From contig NC_045696.1 in assembly GCF_009834535.1 (NCBI RefSeq), positions 31,374,001 to 31,438,000 on the forward strand: 64,000 nucleotides of DNA, written 5' to 3'. The stretch's first letter is position 1, and the number at the start of each line of letters is the position of its first letter. Position numbers and translations under genes: made by a program. Below are positions 39,448 through 51,785 of this stretch, in pieces. Below the pieces are notes generated by a model. That model saw only the letters and a list, made by a program, of their open reading frames with translations, was not told the DNA's origin and ran no database searches. The stretch comes from Camelus ferus. Lineage: Eukaryota.

Positions 39448-42446
39448 TCCCGTATATCCCATGGTTCTGTGTTGGTTTCAGATCATAGATATCTTTGGAC
39501 TAAACCAGTTTTCTATAATTTTCACTCTGGTTATGATAAGATTCCAGGAGCTACACTACTAAATAGAATAGTTCCTGATCATCCTAATCAGAAATTTCAC
39601 TGTTTCATTATAGTGCATTTGCAGTAAAGAATGTGTCATATACATCTAAGAATTAATTGAATTAGTAAGTAGAAAAATTGTTAGGTTAATATTTTCTGTG
39701 ACAACTTTTCTTTTTGACAACTTTTCTTAAATATATTTTATACTTCAGTTTTTTCAATTCTAAGGAAAAACTAATTCACACATGGAAACCAGCAAATGAA
39801 ATGAAGGATATATTTTTAGTGTCAAACAAAAATAATGAGAGAGTATTAAAAAGCATATATATCCCAAGGGAATAACTGAAATAATCTCAATGACGTCTAT
39901 ATGCTTCATCATTTGCTTACTTTCTTTAGCTATTTTTTGATATCTTAGTAGATAGTTTCAGAATGAAATCATAAATACTTATAAAGATAATACCCAAGAA
40001 CTAAAGTTATTAGGAAACATTATCCTTACTAAAAATGTGTGATATTATGCCCTATTTATTATTCCCTCCTTAGTAACTGTACACATTAAGTTTGTAGTCA
40101 CATAAAATAAAAACATGAAATGAAATTCCTGATAGATGATGAATATGTTAATCTGACATAATGTTATACAATTTTTTATGAGTAACTGTACTGATCATAT
40201 ACAAAACCAATGTAAAATGGCATCTCAGACTTTTCAAAAGAAAAGTATTGGAATGCTTTAAAAGCTAGTACTGCCAATATTCAGAAGTCACACATAAATA
40301 ATTTACCAACTCAACCAATGCTGTTAGTAATTTTATTGTCATGAAGTCATAAAATTTTACCTAATGTACCCAATTTTATGCCTTATGCCTAAATACCTGT
40401 AAATGTGATATGATACTTGAATGGGTCATACTTACATAATTTACTAACCCTTTAAGGTGGCTAACACATGTCAATGCCAACAGCGGAGCAAACCAGAATG
40501 AAACATATAAAAAGGTATAGTTATGCTGTTTCCTGTTCGGAGGAAGGCCCAGCCAGTAGACTGAGCATGGTAGGCATGAAGGCAGTAACTCAATGCACCA
40601 CAGAAGGGACAAAGGAAAGGAGTTACCATTGGGAGTTTCAAAGATGGCACAGTATGGTATTTGCAGCATATGAGCAGGCAGCAGGAGATGAGCAAAGAAA
40701 ATGTTTTCTGAGAAAGAAAACTGACCACTCATCCTTGTGAAGAAAAGCAAAAAGTAGATGTCAGTTTACTGAAAAAGAATCACCAAAAGTTCATATTGGA
40801 AACAAAATAAAAGCACACTTATCAAAATCAGGAGTCTACTTCAGTTAGCTCAGTAAGAAGCGTTCCTGCTATTAAATTCCACGATGTTTCCCAAGATAAA
40901 AAAGTAGGACCAAAAGCTAAAATTAGGCATTCCACATGTGTGGGTCAAACAGCACCCTGCAAAGAGCGACTGGACAAAATTAAAGTACCAGACAAGGCCT
41001 GAATAGTAAGAAATACTTCAATGTATTTGTTTCTTTTTTATGTGTTTACAATCAAATTGTAATTGCTTGAACCAAAATTGACAGCTCTGTTGCTTATTAA
41101 ATTCTGTTTTAAAGATTTTATATTAATTGTCAGGAAACAATTTAAGGTGAAATAGTAAATAAGCTTATTTAAGTAAAGTGTATGTTTAAAGGTAATGAGA
41201 TTATAATTCACAATGAGTTTTTTAGATTTTATTGTCTTAAAATATTTTTGGAAATCTTTAACCTAGAAATTATGCAATAAACTGTTTAAGAAGAGTACCT
41301 GTTTAAAAAAATTTTAGGAATTGTGATTTTTATAATATGAGAAATCATTGGGATTGTGATTTTCAATTACTTATGAGACTTTTGTTTGGTATTAGCTAAA
41401 TTATCTGATTTTTAAAAATTCAAGTAAATTAAATGTTACCCTGGATTTTTTTCTTAAATTTGGAGTCCCCTAAATAAAATATTTCTCATGGTGATCTGGC
41501 ACTTTATTTGTAAACTGTCTATTCATATGGCTTAGCAGTTCAATACAAATTTTTGAAAACATGTAAAAGCTATACTTGGTAGTGCTATATATTTGTAGTC
41601 CACTATGCAGTTTTTAATGTGATCAAAATATTTTCCATAACTGCTCTCAATTGAAATCTCAAAGTTATCTAAATATATGTTAATTAATTAAAGATTGTCC
41701 TTAAGAAGCTAGGAATAGTTTCTTTCTGTTTACATTGCCATCTGTTCTAATTACATATCCAAGGTTACTGGACATTATCCAAAAATGTGTAACTATTATT
41801 GACCTAAAAAAAAATTTCTAGCTGCATTCTTTTACAAATTAAACAATGATTAAAAATAGAGTACTCTTTCAGAGCATATACAAAAAAACAAGTAAACAAA
41901 ACAAAACAAAACAAAACAAAAAAACCAGTAAATGAACCTAGGCTTTTCATAACGGAGACAAACTTCTCTGAAATTGTTTTTAATGAAAAGTCTCACATTC
42001 ATGTATATTTAATATAGTACAGGTAGAAAAGGGGAAAATTAGTAACCTGTATTTTCTCAACTCCATACTTTTAGTTTCAAAGTTTGTCTCACACATGTAT
42101 AAAATCCACATTCTTTTGGCTCTTGATATACAGTTTAAATATCCTGAGGTAAGACGGTGAAAAAAGTATATCTTAAAATAAATGACTAGTGTTTACCATA
42201 TGAATTTCCCTGTGTTCTTGATGATCATTGTCATTTTCTAACCACCTGTTTACCCCATCATATTGATCAAAGACATTGGCATCTGTCCTTTTCCCTCTCC
42301 ACTTTAAATTTCACTATTTTTCTGTGGAGGTGTATTTTCCATGAGGATAAACTCTATTAGCATTTATTATTTTTAAAGTCAATCTCTATCTGTGAACAGT
42401 GAACAGGAAGTGAAAATCTGTTCAACCTCACTTTGCCATCATCTCC

Positions 42447-42840
42447 TGTATGTTAATCAGGGTTCAGTCAGGAGGTAGAAACCACACAGTAATTCGAAGA
42501 GCTTAATATAAAGAATTATTAACTGTACTAGGGGATTAGAGTAATGAGAATTAGTTAGTAAGAAGTAAAGGGAACTCTAGAGAACATAAGAATATATATG
42601 CATATGTAAGTGTAGCTACTACCCCTAGAGCTGAGTTAGAGCACTTCCAGAACACCCAGAGCTAGATCAGACCTTGTAGAGAAGCACAGCCTAGGCCCCT
42701 GAGTGGCAGAGAAGTCACTGGGGTGCCACTAGCAGAAATTGCTGGAAAAGTGTCCTCCAGAATTTACTAATGAAAGTTCGTCACAGAGAGATGTATCATC
42801 AGAAGGACTCCATTAGGAAACCAAGAAAAGGGAAGTTGCA
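42447..42840 (-). mobile_element. Ancient ERV LTR (LTR78-like, family uncertain)
   Basis: 'tcagggttcagtcaggaggtagaaaccacacagtaatt...ttaatataaagaattattaact'. Similar to the block at 56390-56820. Confidence 0.5.
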
Positions 42841-44789
42841 TTTGGGCTTTATTATCAAGAAGGCAGTGGGATACACTAATTGTTTAGGTTATCGAAACTC
42901 TTTGGAAATTAAGATCTTGAAAAAACTAAAGAGGAAAGAAAATGTAATAAACTTTGTTATATCATGAAATACCAAGAGAGCCAATACAGAGTAATATAAT
43001 CTGATTGCCTTCTATAACCTTAAAATAAGTAATCAATTTTTCTAGCCAATCAACAAACCAGTCATTTAAGTACTGCCAAACCATATTTTTAAATTAGTCA
43101 TGTAATTTCATCAAAATGATCATATAAATATATCCTCTAAACAGGGCATTAGACATGCCTTTTTTAAAAATGGTGATTACGTAACAAGGCAAAGATTTCA
43201 GAAGACATTCCTCTTTAAGTTTAGAAGTCTGCAAGTAGGGAAAAAAGGGATTGCACTTTCTACAACTTCCACTTTTTTTCTTTATTCTTTGGTTCTAGTT
43301 TAGAGTATATTGTTTCATAACTTCAACATATTTGACCCTAGCTTCGATGTGGGAGTTGTGAGATGAGAAACTTCAAACTGTGATTTTGAAACCCCCAGTT
43401 CAAATGCTCTGGGGTGATACTGTGAAGAGACTATTCCTTAAAATAAATGATTTGATCTTCAATCAAGAAAAGTGTTAACTTCCTGGAAACTTTCCAGTTT
43501 GCTGTTCTGAAGAACTCAATTTAGCAATTTCATCAACTTTCACTTATCCATGCTATTGGAGAGAAGCAGTGGCATGAATAATCTAAAAGTGCAGTTAATT
43601 TTAAAAGAATTTATATGAAGTGATTTTCTGTAGTAGATTTAACTTCCTAGTTGTGTTGTACCTAAGCTAATAATAAAATTAGTTTTTCTTTCCTCAGGGC
43701 ATAATAATTGGTAGCTCAGTAAAATAATGTGTGATAAGGAAAAGCCAGGCACTTTTGTTAGTTAACATGAAAAATTCCTTAAGCAATACAGTCATATGTG
43801 GAGAGTTAGTTGAAAATTGTTGATAATAAAGAAAGCTTACGGTATGTTAAAAACTAGAGAATCAATATAACTGGTCCTGCGTTGTGAGATGCTGACTGGA
43901 CTTCATACATATGCACGTTGGTGAGGTGCCTACCTTTCTGTGAATCCATGGATTTAAAAGCACTCTGTCAATTATAAAACATTATATAAATACATATTGA
44001 TTTGGAAGTTGTCATAATATGGTACACAGATTCTTCTTAATTACCATTAATAGTATCTTTTTAAAATGTTAATATTTTCCCCCTTTTATTCCCCTTTCCT
44101 ATTTCCCACTTAACCAGGTGCCAGGTTCTGTGATTCCTTATCTCAAAGAATGATCCTAGAAGACATATGTTTCCAAAGCTTAAGCCTACCAAAGAAGAAG
44201 GAAGACAAAAAAAAAAAAATGGTTTTCTATAAATTAAGAAGAGAAACTCCTTGGCTGTAGAATAAAAGAGAGGATGATAACACAGTTTGGGAGACTTTAG
44301 GAAAAGCGGGGCAAACAAAGACGGCATTGAGTAGATGATGGTTCATGCCAAGATAACAGCAAACTCAGTCTGCTTAGAGAAACAAGCCTAGAGTAGCTAC
44401 AAGAGCTAAAGGGAAATGTGGATTCTGGTAACAAACAGCAGCAACAGATGCCATCAAACTGAGAAATGTGTGGGGAGACTCAAGTCTCTCGAAAGTCAGT
44501 GTATGTGGGAGACTAAGGCCTGCAGAACTTGACTAGGCAAAGCAGAGAGATAATACTTCCAAAGAAATATTTTAAATCCCATTGTATTTTTATTTGTCAA
44601 GTCTTTACATAACAAACTGAGGGAACAGAAGTAACGCAAGGGCAGGATAAGTGCCTTATACAGAAGTGAAATTGATGAAATCTTGTGTAGCCTGACCAGT
44701 CATTCACAGACATTTATTTTCAACCTCCTCTTGCTGGACCACAAAACTTGCCAACTGCCTTCTCCTAATGTTTCTCAGAGTCATGCTTA

Positions 44790-45715
44790 CAAATATATGA
44801 AAACCTAATTCATGATAAGAAGGGCATCACAAATATATGTACAAAGAACAGATTGTTTATTAGATAGTGTTGGGGAAATTGGCTCATTATATGGAGAAAA
44901 ATAAACTTGGATCTCTACCTAATTCTGTGTAGAAAGGTGGACTCCAGACAGTTTAAAAACTTAATGAAAAGAAAACTATAAAGTAAATAAACAAAACTGT
45001 TAAAGACTCTCATTGTTACTAAGATACTATGAAGAATTTCTCAAAGAGTTTGAAAGCACTAACCATGAAGGAAAACAAACAAAAGATGAAAGATTTATGA
45101 TGTTAAATAAAAATAGATGAAAAATATAAACCATGAAATAATGCATAAAACTGATAAGGAATAATAATTACCATATAGAAATCATATTAAAATATATTGA
45201 TAACTGTAAATCAACAACACAAGATAGCAATCCCAATAGAAAAATGAGCCAAGAAGAGAAATAGGCAATGTACTCATAAACTCATAAACACACATTTTGG
45301 TTGGTTAATAAAAGAGTATGTATTTCTTTGTGTTTGTTTTGTTTCTGTTCTGAACAAAATTATTTTATTCATTGTGTTGTATGTATTATTATTTCACTCT
45401 TTATTTTTTATGAATTATATAAAGTATATGAATATACAAAAATTTATTTATCCATTCATTAACTGGATGGGAAACTAAATTAGTTCCAGTTTTAGTCTAT
45501 TGGCCAAAGAGCTGTTATAAATATTTTATACAATTCATATCAATAAAAATAATTTCATTACTCTTGGGGAAATATCTAGAAGTAGAATTGTAGGTTACGG
45601 ACTGTGTGTATTTTCATTATATGAGAAATTAATTTTTAAGAAAATGTTTTTTAAATAAGAAAATTGTTTTTCAAAGTGATTATACAGTCTATACTGCCAA
45701 CAAATATACCTGATG
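44790..45715. mobile_element. Old L1 fragments (+ ORF2 3' part to about 45270, then minus-strand piece)
   Basis: 'agatagtgttggggaaattggctcattatatggagaaaaataaacttggatctctacct', then 'aaatatctagaagtagaattgtaggttac'. Confidence 0.7.
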
Positions 45716-47860
45716 CCTGATGACACTTTTATACAAAGGAATGCGTTTCAATACCAAGATATAAGTGTCTATTTTCAAAAACACACTTTTTCTAATTAGT
45801 CATTTTTAAAATATGTGCTTAATATTATTTAGAATCTTGAAGAATATTAATTTAAGTAATAATTTATTCAGGAAATACAGATAAATCCTTCGGTGACTGA
45901 AAAGTGAATAGCACAATGAATCACTGAAAGATTTGCAGAAAGGCTTTTTCTCTCTCTCTCTTTCCCCTACATACCTAGAGGTAACAAGTAAGTGACCGAA
46001 GTGTCTCACCTGGAAAATTATTTAAAGTAAATAACTACAATAATTTAAGAGAAGCTGATCTAATCTCACAACTTTATATAGTGTGTAAAAATCTACCCTT
46101 TTCCTTCCTAGTGCTAATTTCTCCTTGCCTCATTATTTCTTTTTATGGTCTAACAGAGTATTATATAATGCTGTATTGAAAAAGTCCTATTTTCTTCAGA
46201 TATTTACCTGAGCCCTAATTAACTGATTTGTTACAGTGCTAAGAACGCCCCTTCTTCTCAATGTGGCATGAACTATAAACTAATCGACAAGGTTTGTGAC
46301 AGTGTTTCTAAAGGATTTTAAATTAATTTTACAGAATTAACATATATATTTATTTCTGTTTGTCTCATCATACATCACAAATTTAGCATAGCAGAAAAGC
46401 CATTAAAATAAAAGAAAAGCAGAATTAGATGCTATAAAAGTTCTCATAAAACAGCAACATTTGCAGAGTAAAATATGCAACTGTGTTTCTTAAAAATATT
46501 TTAAGCCAAAAAATATAATATCCTAAGACATAATACATTATTTAACAGGGAAATAGCCTTGAGTGTATAAATTCTGATAATGAAGATGTACATAAAATAA
46601 AGACTTAATAACTATGCTTTTCTTAGTAATTATACACAGAATTAATAAGAGTAAAGAATTAAATATAAACAGAAAAGATGGTGGTCTGTTTATGAACTTG
46701 TAAAATTAGAATTGATTTACTTACAGGCATTTAAAGTGGTACTTAGCCTCATTTATTCTTTTAGAAATTTAAAAATCCACAATTATAAAAAAAGCATTTT
46801 CATAAACATTTTGATCCTCTGTATAGAATGATCTCTGTGCTTGCATAGAATGAAGAATACAGAACTTATTTTGACATACTTTGCTCAGTGAGTAAGACAC
46901 ACTAGCCTTATGTTAAAAGTCAGTGAAAATATCCTTGGGGAAGCTTTCATTTAATTGCAAAAAATATATATATACCTTTTTTTCTCCATTAACTGGAAAT
47001 GTGTAATCTCAACAATCACCAGCCTATATCTTTTATTCTTCCATATTATTCACATTAAATTTTGGAAATATATCGATAGTAATATAGATCAAGTATTTTT
47101 ACTACTACAAGTATAGCATTTATTAGGATAAACTAACAATATATAAAAATACTATAAATAAGAAAAAGCATAAATATTGGTATGTTATTAGTATTTTGTA
47201 GCTACTCAGAAAGTAAATAATGTTGATTATGAGATTAGAGCAGATAACTCATATCCTTGTTCTTCTACAGCTTGTAATACAACTTTCAGAAATCAATTTC
47301 ACTGAGTAAATACAAAATGTAGATGAGACAAATTAATGAATAAAATGATTAAAATTTCAATAATTGAACTGAATTGTGGGCCAACTACTTAATAACATCA
47401 TTTGTTTAAACTTCATAATAGTATCATATATAAAAATACCAAAAAGTGTAGTTTAGGGGAACTCAAACTGCTTACTCTGCAGTATTCTGCCTACAGATAT
47501 ATTGAGGTGATCTGCAATCTTGACCCATGTGATATTAATAATGATGTATGTTAAACAATTTGCAGCTATGTAAAAATCAAGAAATTTAACAATATTGCCT
47601 CCATCAAAAAAATCCAGATTGCTAGACTCTCTTCCGTATTGAAAGACCTGGAAAAACTGGGCACACATACCAAAACAAAGCAAACAATTAGAAATAAGTA
47701 AGGCTGCTTCCCACCACTTCCTATTTTCTCCCAGAGGTATGTTTAAGTATAATCAGCAAATCTCATTAACAATTCCTTGAGGAATTAGGGTAATAAAACA
47801 AAGTCTAACCTTTTTTTTTTTTTTCCTTTGTGCTTAGTCTAGTTTCACTTATTCATAGGA

Positions 47861-48240
47861 TGCCACATGCAGAGGCCGAACTGCTGCACCAACACTTCAG
47901 CTCAGGGGATGTGTGCAGAAGAGGGGCCGGGACACTTCAAGATGGCGGCGGTGGGCATGAGCAGAGGCTCTCTGTCCAAATGGATCTGAAGAATGAGCAA
48001 CACAGCTCACAGGTCCCACGAGAACTCCATCCCGACCCCCGCTGGGGAGATCCCTATAAAGCAGCCCTGCCCACAGCCTGTCAGGAGAGCCCGTGCTCTA
48101 GAGCCAGAACTCACACCTCTCCATTCTCTGATCAGAGAATAAATCTTTCCTTTGCTTTTCACCTAGACTCAGTCTCGTTTTATTGGCATGATTGACACAG
48201 AGCAGGACACTTGTTGGGGACCAACTCAAAAGGGTCCGCA
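47861..48240 (+). mobile_element. Probable ERV solo LTR with YY1 site, TATA box and polyA signal
   Basis: About 380-bp GC-rich island, TG...CA. CAAGATGGCGGC at 47938-47949, TATAAA at 48055-48060 and AATAAA at 48138-48143, in U3-R-U5 order. No clean TSD found. Confidence 0.7.
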
Positions 48241-49499
48241 ATGTGTCATTTGCTTTTGTTGTTGCCCTTGTGGTGGTGCTTTAGAATAATGATTCAAAGG
48301 GAAAGTTAAATATTTCTAGTATTTATTTACATTTTTAATATTAATGGAAAATGAAAGATAAACTGTGAGCCTATGCAGTCAAGTATTTTGTGGAAATAAA
48401 AAATTCCTTACCTGTTTAATATGCAAATCACTCAACTTCATTAATTCATGTACCTACATTGTCCCTAAAGGCATGTGGGTTTACAATTCTGAGCTTATAT
48501 AATTGCTACTAGAAAATTAGGCTCATTTTCATAGAATGCATAGATATACTAATGAAACAGTAATAATAGTAACAGATTCATTACACAGAAAATATTTACT
48601 GCCATATATAAAGTAAAATTTTAAAAAATACTGATGTCTTTGGTGTCAAATAATGTATAAATTGCAATTTACTTCTGAATAAAGTTCACTCTTTAATTAA
48701 AAATGGTATTAAATATCAAAGCAACCATCTACACAAGTATTTTAAACTGATTCACAAATAAATCATTTTCTTGAAACTTATATAAGAAATTTATAAAATA
48801 CCAAACCTTGAAAACATAGTAAGAATATTTTATAAGCAATATTACTTTAAAGGGAATGAAATGAATGGTTTAAAATGGTTTTATAAATAATTGAGTCTGG
48901 AATATTGACTTATGATAAAAAGTTTATCTTAAATAATTAAATTTTGTTTAGTATTGTTAATTACATGCATTTAGTTATATTTAGATAGAAAGATAGACTG
49001 ACAGATACATGGAAGAGAAAAATGAGGGGGTCAGGGGAGAAACAGAGAGGGAGAGAACCCAATTGCTTAGTATTTCCCCGGATCTACTCTTGACCATTGA
49101 CTATTTAGGTAGAATTAGTAGCAATGAACTATGACAAATCTCAGAGAAAGCATAATAAAATACTTGATTTGGTAAGTTAAATGAGCTTATGGTATTATTG
49201 TTAAATGTTCATTTTTCCCTTTTAATGGGGGAAATTTCCCTCTCAATTCTATTTCATTTCTATTTATTCTCTTTCATATATGCTGCTTATTAACTGAACT
49301 AGGATTAAAAGAATATCACATTGTTTCTTCCAGTGAAATCCTGGCATTTTAGATTGCAAAATCTCAGGGCATAATTCAACATGATACAGAGAAAACTTGT
49401 TATTTAGTCCTCCTTTCTATCATTTTATAAAAAAGTATATGAAAATTAGAATTTATGTACTTCAAAGGCCAAATAATGGCGAAGTAAAATCATGTATCT

Positions 49500-49660
49500 T
49501 TGTGTATATGTGTGTGTGTGTGTGTATATATATTCAAATATATATATTCTTGTATATGTGTATATGTGTGTATATATGGACATACATATATACTTTATGT
49601 ATACTATTTATATATGAATATGTATGTGTACATGTGTATGTAAACATACACAAACTGTAT
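49500..49660. repeat. (TG)n/(TA)n degenerate microsatellite
   Basis: Read directly from the sequence. Confidence 0.9.
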
Positions 49661-51423
49661 TCACACATAGTCCTGTGTGAGAATTGTGAATAGAATATAG
49701 ATCACACAGTTTTAAAAGTAAATTTTTTATTTTAAGATAGTACTTTATAACAAATAATTAATTGATTTATAGAAAATCCACAACAGAAAATGATATAGAA
49801 AATCTCCTGAGTACTTTCTCAATCTCTAAATTGTAAAGAAAAATCCTAAATTCTTAAAAATTGTTCAGGGTGGTCACTTTAACTTTCTCCAGAATTAAAT
49901 GATATGAACATGAGTCTCCAGGAGACTCGAAGATTTTCGAAGGTACTTGAATTCTTCCTAGTTATTTGAAGATCCTATCTCATGTCAAGGAATCTATTTC
50001 ATAATGGAAGTGTTTTTATCCTGACACAATTATTAGATAAGTGATAAATATTATATCACATAGTGCACACTATGCACATGTATGTCCAAACCTTATTTCA
50101 CACAAGTTAAGCAATACGATTATAAAACCAGAATTTTTAATTGAAATAGCCCAAGAAAAAATTTTATGTACATAAATTATCTTAAGCAGTGGTTTAATAA
50201 ATATAAAGTGATTGACTAAATTACTGAGAGGAAAGCAAAAGTGTTCTTTCCTTCAACAGCCATTTGATACGCAGGTTGTTGTGCTTTAATCAGGTAGATC
50301 TAACAATGAAAAATTGTCTTATCTTTTCAATTTGTAGTCCTTTGTACTTTAATCTTTTAGTATTGAATGACCTCACGGTGCTGATATAATCTTATAAGAA
50401 ACTGGAGAATATTTAAGACACATTAATCTGATTCATATGTGTAATTTGATTTTTCAAGGTATGCCAAATAAAATTGGTTTAAAAATTGTTTTCTATACAG
50501 TAATTCAAATGTTTCCAGTACTACTATCTGAATGACAATACACGGAATATGAGATATGATGGATTCTTCAACTCTGTATTTCTAAAGTGAAAAGATCTGT
50601 GGCTTGAGGAAAAAAAATAACTAGTCCTCTGGAGTCACTTTAAAATACTACCTGTTTTTTGGTACATATTTTATTTATAAGAAATATTCTCCCCACCTTG
50701 TAGATGATGACTTTGAGAAATCATCAAATAATTTTCTCTAGCCTCAGTATTGAATTTCACTCATCATTTGAAATTCACTTATTTGAATACTACAATGCTA
50801 TTAATTTCCTAGATTCTGCAAGTTGTGTATTTGATATAGTTTTGCTTTGCATTATTTTTTCTGTAAATCAATTATTATCTTAACTAAAACAACCAGTCAG
50901 TGAACTTTTTTAGTATTCCAAAATCAGATTTTCACCAAATACTACTAGAGACAATTTTATTAAACTCGATCTGTAAAAATGTATACTTCATTTTAATTTC
51001 CATAATTACCTACTTAATATTTCTTATATACTTTGAAATTATGGTAGAAAGTGGTTTAATCTGGCTAATATAAAGAAATCAGTGCAAATTTAATTCTGAG
51101 ACACTTAATCAAGAAAGGAAAGAGATACAGGAATGATTTTCTCCTGCTAATAATCAGATATTCATTTAAAAGAAAACATGTTGATGTTTAAAAAAACTGC
51201 AAAGCATATTTTTTTCCAGTGAGATTGGGTTAGGTTATGAATACTATGGAAACCAACAACATGAACATCTTAGTTATGTGAAGTGACAAGGTTTAGTTCT
51301 TACTCCTGTTATACATGTTCTGTGTTCTCCATGTCTGACCTGAGTTCTCCATGTCTCCTTAATCTGGGATCCAGACTAATGGAGAAGCCAGAATGTGAAT
51401 GTTGCAGGTTTCCATGGCAGATG

Positions 51424-51498
51424 GGAGAGAGAGAGACAAGGAAAGAGAGAGGGAGGAGGAGGAGAGGGAGAGAGAGGGAGAGAGAGAGAAAGAGAGGA
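51424..51498. repeat. (GA)n-rich microsatellite
   Basis: Read directly from the sequence. Confidence 0.9.
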
Positions 51499-51549
51499 AA
51501 TCACTCACTGTCTCAGAATTTCTGCCTTTTCCACTTACATTTTATTAAA

Positions 51550-51785
51550 CTGGTGTTTTTAAACATGTGTTCCTTGGCCCAGCAATATCAGTATCTCCTA
51601 GGAATTTGCTAGAAATGCAAGGTTTCTTGTTTTGCCCTCAGAGTTAAACACTGGGTTTAAATAATCTGGGTAGTTAAATGCTGGGTTAGAAATACTCACG
51701 GTATTACTAGGTATTACTCTAACTCTAATACCTAGAGTATTTCTAACAAGTTCTTAGGTGAGGAAGATGATAGATTCACTTAGTC
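51550..51785. mobile_element. MER5A-like element with an internal inverted-repeat rearrangement
   Basis: 'tgttccttggcccagcaatatcagtatctcctaggaatttgctagaaatgcaa' and 'tatttctaacaagttcttaggtga'. Confidence 0.6.

Noticed and set aside
47830..48195. 121-aa ORF
   Set aside because: Non-ATG start, lies over the LTR-like island, no recognisable protein.
49397..49693. 98-aa ORF, and the 51283-51612 ORF
   Set aside because: Translations of (TG/TA)n and (GA)n microsatellites.
49912..49941. Short palindromes here, and 9-11-bp inverted repeats at about 19860-19903, 21013-21034 and 25758-25792
   Set aside because: Arms are short enough to arise by chance in 64 kb of AT-rich DNA.
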